A stretch of DNA of 44,730 nt, taken from the NCBI GenBank assembly GCA_038235795.1, contig JBBSTP010000001.1, positions 1 through 44,730 of the forward strand, in the 5' to 3' direction. Position 1 is the first letter of the stretch; every line of letters starts with the position of its first letter. Shown here piece after piece: positions 1 through 7,045 of this stretch. The translations under genes and the position numbers were made by a program. Under the pieces are notes generated by a model. It did not search any database, had not been told where the DNA came from, and worked only from the letters and a program-made list of their open reading frames with translations. Source of the DNA: Lysobacterales bacterium. GTDB taxonomy: Bacteria > Pseudomonadota > Gammaproteobacteria > Xanthomonadales > Xanthomonadaceae.

Positions 1-126
1 GGCCAAATCGATCGCCTGGTGCTGCCCCCAGTCAGGCAGTGGGATGCGCGCTTGAAGCAGCGTGCCACTCCCGGCATTTGAAACGCTTTCACCCTGCCGG
101 ACCAGAAAAACGGCGCGCAGCGTCAC
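1..126 (-). CDS. Histidine-phosphatase-superfamily protein, N-terminal part (runs off window), with RQG instead of RHG
   Basis: Manual translation from GTG at 126 (overlaps the mobC stop): MTLRAVFLVRQGESVSNAGSGTLLQARIPLPDWGQHQAIDLA, which matches the xxLxRHGESxxN...PLTxxGxxQA pattern apart from His->Gln. Confidence 0.5.
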   Translation of the reverse strand, partial: MTLRAVFLVRQGESVSNAGSGTLLQARIPLPDWGQHQAIDLA

Positions 127-413
127 TCCTCAGGCGCTGCGGTGGGTGGCAACGGCTCCAGCCCAAACAGCGCCCGGTCATCCGTGCGGGTCAGCGCGGC
201 GTCCAGCATGGCCAGCAGCTCGTCCTCGGGCCACCTCCCACGCTCGACCTGGGCCAGGATAGCCGCCCCCACCAGGATCTTGCGCCGGGTATCCGAGACG
301 CGCTTTTTCTTGGACTCGATCTTGCGTTTGCGGGTGTCGATCAGGCGCTTCCTGGCCTTCTCCTGCTTGAGCCTCTTTTCCAGTGCCTCGATGTTTACTT
401 CTGGGGCGACCAT
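123..413 (-). CDS. mobC: Relaxosome accessory protein, RSF1010 MobC-like
   Basis: DTRRKILVGAAILAQVERGRWPEDELLAMLDAALTRTDDRALFGL closely resembles RSF1010 MobC as recalled (ETRRKVLVGAMIL...WPEDRL...DRALFGL); divergent from mobA across an oriT. Confidence 0.85.
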   Translation of the reverse strand: MVAPEVNIEALEKRLKQEKARKRLIDTRKRKIESKKKRVSDTRRKILVGAAILAQVERGRWPEDELLAMLDAALTRTDDRALFGLEPLPPTAAPEE

Positions 414-525
414 GCTGCGCGTCCTTCGGGGTCAATGATCCGTCTAGCAGCGCCGATAATACCGGGTGCAGCGGGAGGCGTAAAGGCGTAAGATGCAGAG
501 GCGGGGAAAGACCCGGGCGAAGCTA

Positions 526-558
526 AGGGCGCACTTAGAGTAATCCCGTTGGGATTAC
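526..558 (-). other. oriT, MOBQ/IncQ type (inverted repeat plus nic core)
   Basis: Minus strand reads GTAATCCC-aac-GGGATTAC-tc-TAAGTGCGCCCT: a perfect 8-bp IR (540-547/551-558) directly before the MOBQ nic core (526-537), located between mobC and mobA. Confidence 0.9.
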
Positions 559-611
559 GTGCGGTCAAGGTCTGTCGCCCCTGACAACCCCGGGTCCGGA
601 GCCCCGCTGCC

Positions 612-1961
612 ATGTCCATCTACCACCTGTCGGCGAAACCGATCGGCCGCTCCGACGGCCGCAGCGCCACCGCGGCCGCCGCCTACCGCGCCGGCGTGGA
701 GATCGTGGACGCGCGCACCGGCCTCGTGCACGACTACACCCGCAAGCACGGCATCCTGCACGCCGAGCTCCTGCTGCCGGGCGGCGCAACCCCCGACCGG
801 GGCGCATTCTGGAACGCCGTCGAGCTCCACCACAAGCGCGGCGATGCGGTGCTCGTGCGCGAGGTGGAAGTCTCCCTGCCCACCGAGCTCACCCTTGAGC
901 AACGGCAGGCGCTCGCCGTAGGGTACGCGCGCGAGCTGGCCGACTGCTACGGCGTGGCGGCCGACGTGGCGCTGCATGCGCCGCGCACCGTGACTGCCCG
1001 GGAGCTCGAGAAGAACCCCCACCAGTACCACGAGACCGATCCCAAGACCCGCCGGCAGCACAACGGCAACTGGCATGCGCACATCCTGCTGTCGGCGTGC
1101 TTGGTCCAGCCCGATGGCACGCTGGGCAAGAAAGCCGTGGAGCTCGATCCGATCCACTGCCAGCGGGCCAAGATCCTCAACCTGGCCGACCGGGAGCGGG
1201 CGCGCTGGGGGGAACTCGCGAACGCGGTGCTGGAGCGCTGCGGCCACGCCGCCCGCGTCGACCACCGCAGCCACGCCGAGCGCGGTATTGAAGCCGAGCC
1301 GACCCGCCACCTGGGGCCGGCGGGCGCGGGCTTTGAGCGCCGCACCGGCGAGCCGAGCGACAAGCGCCTGCGGCAGCAGCGGCAGGCCGCCGAACGGCTG
1401 GCGCTGGCCCGGGAAGCGGGCGAACTGGAACGCGAAGAAGAGGCCCTGGAGCGCTCCATCCTCGACCTGTCGGGTGACCTGGAAGCCGCCTTGCGCGAGC
1501 GCGACCGCCAGCGGCAGGCGGCGGTGCTGCAGGCTGCAGCCGACGACCAGGCAGCGCGTGCTCGGAAGAAGCGCGCACTTGAGGAACGGGCCGAGTTGGA
1601 GGCCGACGGCGAGCGCCAAGCCCGGCGGCGCGAGGATCGGCTCGAGATCCTGTTTGAGGTCGACGACGACGTCGAGCGGGGGTTTCGGCGGGCTGTCGCC
1701 GCCGTTCGTGCGTGGAGAAGGCTGCGGGGTCTAAGCGAAGACGCGAACAGGGTTGACGCCGAGGCGGCGAAGGCGATGCTCCAAAGCGATTGGACGACTG
1801 AAGAGGTCCAGACCGGGATGCTGGCGGGCTCGGATGACTTGGGCGGCCGCCACGACGATCCAATCGACTACGTCCGGCGCACCGTTCAGCGGGCCAGCGC
1901 CCAGTTGGCTATTGAGCACATGACAGCGAAGACTGGGAAGGGGTGGCGGGGGCCGTCGTGA
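612..1961 (+). CDS. mobA: MobA/MobL (MOBQ) relaxase with coiled-coil linker and RepB'-like C-terminal helix bundle
   Basis: MSIYHLSAKPIGRSDGRSATAAAAYRAG (catalytic Tyr), REVEVSLP, ALH...NWHAHIL metal-binding His motif, RVDHRSHAERGI, PTRHLG. Confidence 0.93.
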   Translation: MSIYHLSAKPIGRSDGRSATAAAAYRAGVEIVDARTGLVHDYTRKHGILHAELLLPGGATPDRGAFWNAVELHHKRGDAVLVREVEVSLPTELTLEQRQALAVGYARELADCYGVAADVALHAPRTVTARELEKNPHQYHETDPKTRRQHNGNWHAHILLSACLVQPDGTLGKKAVELDPIHCQRAKILNLADRERARWGELANAVLERCGHAARVDHRSHAERGIEAEPTRHLGPAGAGFERRTGEPSDKRLRQQRQAAERLALAREAGELEREEEALERSILDLSGDLEAALRERDRQRQAAVLQAAADDQAARARKKRALEERAELEADGERQARRREDRLEILFEVDDDVERGFRRAVAAVRAWRRLRGLSEDANRVDAEAAKAMLQSDWTTEEVQTGMLAGSDDLGGRHDDPIDYVRRTVQRASAQLAIEHMTAKTGKGWRGPS

Positions 1962-1984
1962 AGGTGGGGGATTATTGGAAGGGA

Positions 1985-2122
1985 CGTCGGCAGATACTCC
2001 CAGAAGTGCTCCTGCACCCGGTGCGGTTCACGCTCGTAGACCTGAGGGTGAGAACTCGTCCGACTTGCTCACGAGGCTGTCCTCCCAGGCGTTGGAGTCC
2101 TCTCAAAATCCAGGGTGTTTCA
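1985..2122 (-). mobile_element. Degenerate left-end remnant of an IS3-family (IS51-group-like) element
   Basis: Minus strand starts TGAAACACCCTGGATTTTGAGAGGACTCCAA, followed by a frameshifted OrfA start MSKSDEFSP/QVYEREPHRVQEH..EY, resembling [26 protein letters not shown]. Confidence 0.55.
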
Positions 2123-2360
2123 CTGTATATGGTGACTTTCAGAGGTCCCCTGCGAAACAGAGCTATCCAGTGCAGGCCACGGTGTCAGCGCTCGGATCAT
2201 TGACCCTCTACTGTTTGAATATTAGCAGGGCGGTGTTTTGCACCTGAATCCTTGGTCAAGATGGAGGCCCCTCTGCTCTAATGCATTCAAATTATTCGTC
2301 AGTTAATTGGCAAAATCCTGAAACTGCGGGTTTAGGGGCGGACTGCAATTCCTCTAATCG

Positions 2361-3053
2361 CTAAGGCGCTGTGGGTCCTCTCACCACAGGCAAATTAAGC
2401 AAGCGCGATGTAGCCTGGGATTGGTGCAACTCATACGTTTTGATTGCCCAGAAGGCCGAGAATGACCAGATCCCGAACCATTCCGCGAGCAATACCACCC
2501 AGCTTTGTCCAATGAGCGTATTGACCGCAAAAGCCACGAGCGGTGAGGCCATCAGTGCAATTGCGCAGATCTTGTAAGCTTTGGCATACATTGATCGCTT
2601 GCCTTGCGGGATCAGTGACAACGTGTCACCAGCACGTCGCCATGCCACGGCAGCTAGGCAGGCAAACATGGATACTGCAAAGGTCCCGTGGGGTGTCCAG
2701 CCTTTAGGGCAGTTTTCGCATGTCCAACGCATTGGGAATACAGCGACCAGAATCGCACAGACGCCCGCGACGTTGAGCCAAAGATTTTCCTCTTCGGTAT
2801 AGCCCCGATAGATGTATAGCGTCGTTCCTACCGCAAATAGCCCGCCAACGAAGGGGACTCGACTGGCGTTGAAGCCATCTTTGGAGGCCCAGTAATACGC
2901 GCTGAGCGAGTCTTGCACGCCGAGATGATCGTCGATCAGCCAGCCGGTAGCGATGACTACCAACGGAAACAGGAAGCCGACTGCGGCAAGTACGATGCGA
3001 AGGTCGAAGTATGTCCCGAAGACGTGCTTTTGCAGCTCGCTGCCTTTTTTCAT
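2361..3053 (-). CDS. Hypothetical multi-pass membrane protein
   Basis: 230-aa ORF with about 6-7 hydrophobic segments and an SLSAYY motif, RBS-like GGAG upstream; lies in a lower-GC patch. Confidence 0.75.
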   Translation of the reverse strand: MKKGSELQKHVFGTYFDLRIVLAAVGFLFPLVVIATGWLIDDHLGVQDSLSAYYWASKDGFNASRVPFVGGLFAVGTTLYIYRGYTEEENLWLNVAGVCAILVAVFPMRWTCENCPKGWTPHGTFAVSMFACLAAVAWRRAGDTLSLIPQGKRSMYAKAYKICAIALMASPLVAFAVNTLIGQSWVVLLAEWFGIWSFSAFWAIKTYELHQSQATSRLLNLPVVRGPTAP

Positions 3054-3324
3054 CGGAGCGTCTCCTTTTTTCCGTTTCTGAATTGTGCTTGGTGCCTGAC
3101 TACATTACAAACATAAAAGCGAGGATCTCATCGGCGACCGGAAATGACTGTCATCAGTCCCAAAACCGGTTGTTTTTGAGACGCCTGTTGAGAGTGCACA
3201 TCTCACTGCAGCTTGGCTCCCACAGCAGCCCGCCATGCATCGTTGAACACCAAAAACCCGTTCCCAATCAACCAGTTACCCTCGACGCGTTTCTGATCAG
3301 TCGATTTGCCACGCAAAAATCGCA

Positions 3325-3350
3325 CGGATGATAATTGGACTTATCATCCG
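3325..3350. other. Perfect palindrome with 6-bp spacer; candidate tyrosine-recombinase crossover (res) site
   Basis: CGGATGATAA-ttggac-TTATCATCCG (10-bp perfect arms). Confidence 0.5.
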
Positions 3351-3370
3351 GAAGAATTGGCTGTCGTGCG

Positions 3371-4177
3371 GGTTCTGTCGCAATAAGGCGGTGCGATCGA
3401 GCGAAGCTGCGAGGCCAGACTCGATTAAAACGCCAGCGAGTAGAACTGATTCGCTGCAGCCGAGGCTCGGTCTTTGATCGCGCTGAGCTGGCCCTTGCGA
3501 ATCATGTGCATCGTTTCGATGCCGGCGAGCAGGACGCGTGCGCAGCGAAAGGTATTGAATCCAAGCATCGGACGGGTGATGCGTTTGATGGCCCGATGGT
3601 CTTGCTCGACGAGGTTGTTGAGGTGCTTCGATTGACGCATCTCTATGGACAAGCCGCTGTCAGCCTGAATGCTCAGGGTGGCGGCCGTGTTGGCTGCGCT
3701 CTTGTCGATCGTGATCTTCTCGGGCACGCCGTGCAGGTCAATGGCTCGATTGAAGAATGCGCGCGTTGCAGCGTGATCCCGCTTGGCGCGAAGCAAGAAG
3801 TCGACTGTACTGCCGTCGCGGTCGACCGCGCGGTACAGGTACTTCCACTGGCCGCCGACCTTGATGTAGGTCTCATCCATGCGCCAGCTCTTGCCGACCG
3901 TCAGCTTGCGCCGACGGCAGACGGCCGCGAGCACTGGCAGCATCTTCATAGCCCAGCGATGAATCGTCGAGTGATCAACCCTCACCCCGCGTTCGGCCAT
4001 CACTTCCTCCAGGTGGCGCAGGCTCAAAGGGTAGGCCACGTACCAGCGCACGCACACCAGCATGACTTCCGCCGGATAGTGCAGCCGCTTGATCACACGG
4101 CGCAGCGCTTAAATCAGCGTTTTCGGGTCAACTCTTATGTGGCAACCGTACCATCCCGCGCTTGTCGCGACAGAACC
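3371..4177 (-). mobile_element. IS6-family insertion sequence (807 bp)
   Basis: Terminal IRs GGTTCTGTCGCAATAAG (3371-3387) and reverse complement of 4161-4177 GGTTCTGTCGCGACAAG (15/17 identical) enclose an IS6 transposase; no flanking target duplication seen. Confidence 0.9.
3425..4096 (-). CDS. IS6-family DDE transposase (N-terminus possibly shortened by a TAA at 4109-4111)
   Basis: WRMDETYIKVGGQWKYLYRAVD, ITIDKS, LNNLVEQDHRAIKR. Confidence 0.9.
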   Translation of the reverse strand: MIKRLHYPAEVMLVCVRWYVAYPLSLRHLEEVMAERGVRVDHSTIHRWAMKMLPVLAAVCRRRKLTVGKSWRMDETYIKVGGQWKYLYRAVDRDGSTVDFLLRAKRDHAATRAFFNRAIDLHGVPEKITIDKSAANTAATLSIQADSGLSIEMRQSKHLNNLVEQDHRAIKRITRPMLGFNTFRCARVLLAGIETMHMIRKGQLSAIKDRASAAANQFYSLAF

Positions 4178-4443
4178 CAGAAAGCACGCTTCATGCTCAC
4201 TGCCAGCAGCGGGGCGGGCAGGACCTACGCCTCGACGGCAGGTGCACGTGAAAGCGCCGATCAAGAAGTTGCGCAGTATGGGGTAGCCGCAGGTGCGCTG
4301 CACAGGACTTTGCATCGTGAAGATGACTTCCATGTCGCTGGCGGGGACCTTCCAAATGAAAACGTCGCCGACGCCGCGCCAGTCGTATTTCCCTGCAGCG
4401 CTCGTGCTGGGGACCACGCCGGGCTGTGCGCGCAGGGTGAGCT

Positions 4444-4704
4444 CTAGTTGTAGGCGCCGGCGTATTGAGGATTGTGCAGTGTGTGAATGGCCGTGGATGC
4501 GTTGAGCGGCCGGAAGATGACGACATCGCGATTGCGCAGTCGACAGGGAAAAGACAGGCCCTTGTTTCGGAACACCTTCACCGTCTGGCACGCTGAGCCC
4601 ACGCGCGAGAAGGTTTCGAAAAAATAGGCGATCGTCTCCCTGATCTGTGAGTCGGGGTCCAGGGCTGCGTTTCCAGCCCCGTCGTACACGAATCCGGTGG
4701 GCAC
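4444..4704 (-). pseudogene. Internal fragment of a large serine recombinase (recombinase domain)
   Basis: PTGFVYDGAGNAALDPDSQIRETIAYFFETF...LHNPQYAGAY matches the P.G(F/Y)..D......DPD...L.NP.YAG recombinase-domain pattern; no catalytic N-terminus and cut exactly at the 258-bp repeat. Confidence 0.7.
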
Positions 4705-4962
4705 ATCACTCGAGTCTTGCTTCCGCGAAGCCTAAGGGCTACAAAACGTCGTTTTGCACGTCTCATGCCGCTGCCTAAGATTGGCTGTTCAAACCCGCCC
4801 GTTTCTTCAACTAGCCGGAGGCTTCATGTCTCAGCACCACGCTGCGATTCAGTGGCAGCGTACCCCTTATCCGCTTGATGGAAGAACGTACCCCCACAAC
4901 CACGTCGCGATCTTGAACGATCAGCAGTCCGTCAACGTTTCGGCGTCCGTCGAATTCAAGGG
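4705..4962 (+). repeat. 258-bp direct repeat, copy 1 (upstream region plus truncated 5' end of an OsmC-family gene, ATG 4826)
   Basis: Ungapped manual alignment to 28651-28908 gives about 27 mismatches in 258 nt (~90% identity); similarity stops after GAATTCAAGGG. Confidence 0.92.
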
Positions 4963-5047
4963 CACCTCAAGTGGCTCTATACGTCGTTGGACGCAACATA
5001 CGATTTTGGAAACAGATACGGAGTTCACGTTAAATTTCAGTTTGAGC

Positions 5048-5977
5048 TTAGACGAGTGGCTTGCCAAGCTGGGGTTCGATCGAGTCCTTCATGTTGATAT
5101 CCAGCAGCCAGTTCTTGAAAGCCGCAATCGGTGGGAGGCTGAGCTTGTCGGGCGGGACAAAAAGATAATAGCCAAAGCCTGTGACCAGCGGTAAATCGAG
5201 GGCCAACTGGAGCACGCCGCTGCGCAACTCGTCCTGCACGAGAAGGCCGGGCACCAAGCCGATGCCGATGCCTGCGGCCACAGCCTGAATAAGGTGGGAA
5301 GTGAATTCGAAATGGGGACCGACGCGCATCGCATGGGGCGATAGGCCTTGCGCGACAAACCATTGCCGCCAGGCGTACGCCCGAGATGCCACCTGAAGCA
5401 ATAGCAGCGGGACCAGGTCCGCTGCTTTTTTCACTTGGTGCGAGCGGGCCAGCGCGGGGCTGATGACCGGTAATAAAATTTCGTCTACCAAGTGGTGGGC
5501 GACCAAGCCGGGCCAAGCGCCGTCGCCTACGCTGATTACTGCGTCCATCCCTGCTTGCTGAAGATCGAACTGGCCGATGCGCGCATGAACGTGCACGAGA
5601 GTTCCTGGGTGCTGGATATAAAACTCGCCGAGTCGAGGCATCAGCCATTTGGCCGCAAAGGTCGGCAGGGCCGCCAAGTGAAACGAGCCGACGCCGCTAC
5701 GGTAGGCAATCACTTGCAATGAAGCGTTTTGGATACGGTTCAGAGCCGCGTGCACTTCACGCTGGTACACCGCGCCCAAGTCCGTCAAGAAAATCTGTCG
5801 ACCCTCCCGGCGAATCAGCTGAACGCCCAACAGCGTTTCCAGCGCCTGAACCTGCCGGCTGACAGCGCTCTGGGTCAGTGACAGCTCGTCGGCGGCCCTG
5901 GTGAAACTCAGGTGCCGCGCCGCAGCCTCGTAGGCTGCGAGCAACGACATGCTCGGGAGAAGGAGTCTGCGGTTCAT
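5048..5977 (-). CDS. LysR-family regulator, GcvA-like
   Basis: PSMSLLAAYEAAARHLSFTRAADELSLTQSAVSRQV HTH; LPTFAAKWLMPRL; divergent from the tctC operon. Confidence 0.93.
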   Translation of the reverse strand: MNRRLLLPSMSLLAAYEAAARHLSFTRAADELSLTQSAVSRQVQALETLLGVQLIRREGRQIFLTDLGAVYQREVHAALNRIQNASLQVIAYRSGVGSFHLAALPTFAAKWLMPRLGEFYIQHPGTLVHVHARIGQFDLQQAGMDAVISVGDGAWPGLVAHHLVDEILLPVISPALARSHQVKKAADLVPLLLLQVASRAYAWRQWFVAQGLSPHAMRVGPHFEFTSHLIQAVAAGIGIGLVPGLLVQDELRSGVLQLALDLPLVTGFGYYLFVPPDKLSLPPIAAFKNWLLDINMKDSIEPQLGKPLV

Positions 5978-6063
5978 TCAAAAAGCTCATGCAGATGCTT
6001 CAAATTTTACGCTTTGGAATTCACGACGGATAGCTAAAACTGACGTCACTCGTTGGAGACACC

Positions 6064-7041
6064 ATGATGCTTTCGCGTCGTCACTTTTCGGTTGCCGTTG
6101 CCGCTGCTTGCCTTGCGCTAGCGGCCTCTGTTACTGCCCAAACCTATCCCACGCGTCCCATCCGCTTGGTCGTGCCCTACGCGCCCGGCGGCTCCACCGA
6201 CATCATCGCTCGCTTGGTCGCTGAGCCGCTCGGGCGAGTCTTGGGCCAGGCCGTCGTTGTCGACAACAAGGGGGGCGCTGGCGGTATGCTGGGAACGGCC
6301 GAGGTGGCACGCGCCGCACAGGACGGCTATACCCTTGGCATCGGCACGGTGAGCACCCTGGTGATCTTTCCCGCTTTGCACCCGAAGCCGGGCTACACCA
6401 TCGACCAGTTCGTGGCGGTCACCAACATCGCCGTCATGCCCAATGTTATTGCGGTCAATCCGAAGTTCCCGGCGAAGGACCTGAAGGAGTTCATCGCGGT
6501 GCTCAAGGCCAACCCCGACAAGTACACTTTCGCGACCTCGGGCCAGGGCAGCATCAACCACATGCTGGGCGAGTCGTTCCAGGCCGGCGCCGGCGTGAAA
6601 ATGATCCATGTTCCCTACCGCGGTTCCGCGCCTGCGATGCAGGACGTGATGGCGGGCCAAGTCGACATTCTGTTCGACCAGCTGCCTTCGTCCAAGAACT
6701 TCATCGACACCGGCAAGCTGCGCCTGATGGGCGTCATCTCGGCCAAGCGCGTTTCGGAGTATCCGAGCGTCATGACCATGGAAGAGGGCGGCATCAAGGG
6801 CTTCAACGACCAGGCCTGGTACGGTGTCGTTGCCCCCGCGAACATCCCCCCTCCGGTGCTGGCCAAGCTGTCTGAAGCCATGAGCAAGGTGATGGCCATG
6901 CCCGAAGTGCGCGCACGGATCGAGAAGGTCGGCGCCATGCCGCTCGGCAATTCGTCTGCGGAGTACGGCGCTCAGATTCGCAGCGAGATCGAAGCGATGA
7001 AGAAACTCGCGAAGACGCGCAACATCTCGCTCAACGAGTAG
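6064..7041 (+). CDS. Bug/TctC tripartite tricarboxylate transporter substrate-binding protein
   Basis: Signal peptide, YPTRPIRLVVPYAPGGSTD, DNKGGAGG, HVPYRGSAPA. Confidence 0.93.
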   Translation: MMLSRRHFSVAVAAACLALAASVTAQTYPTRPIRLVVPYAPGGSTDIIARLVAEPLGRVLGQAVVVDNKGGAGGMLGTAEVARAAQDGYTLGIGTVSTLVIFPALHPKPGYTIDQFVAVTNIAVMPNVIAVNPKFPAKDLKEFIAVLKANPDKYTFATSGQGSINHMLGESFQAGAGVKMIHVPYRGSAPAMQDVMAGQVDILFDQLPSSKNFIDTGKLRLMGVISAKRVSEYPSVMTMEEGGIKGFNDQAWYGVVAPANIPPPVLAKLSEAMSKVMAMPEVRARIEKVGAMPLGNSSAEYGAQIRSEIEAMKKLAKTRNISLNE

Positions 7042-7045
7042 CCCT

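Noticed and set aside
555-1863. Long minus-strand ORFs over mobA, and similar overlapping ORFs throughout the window
   Set aside because: Typical high-GC shadow frames overlapping well-supported genes.
3335-4447. 370-aa plus-strand ORF
   Set aside because: Antisense shadow of the IS6 transposase with no recognisable motifs.
4754-5194. 146-aa ORF as a real gene
   Set aside because: Chimera of the truncated osmC-family copy reading into the antisense of the LysR gene.
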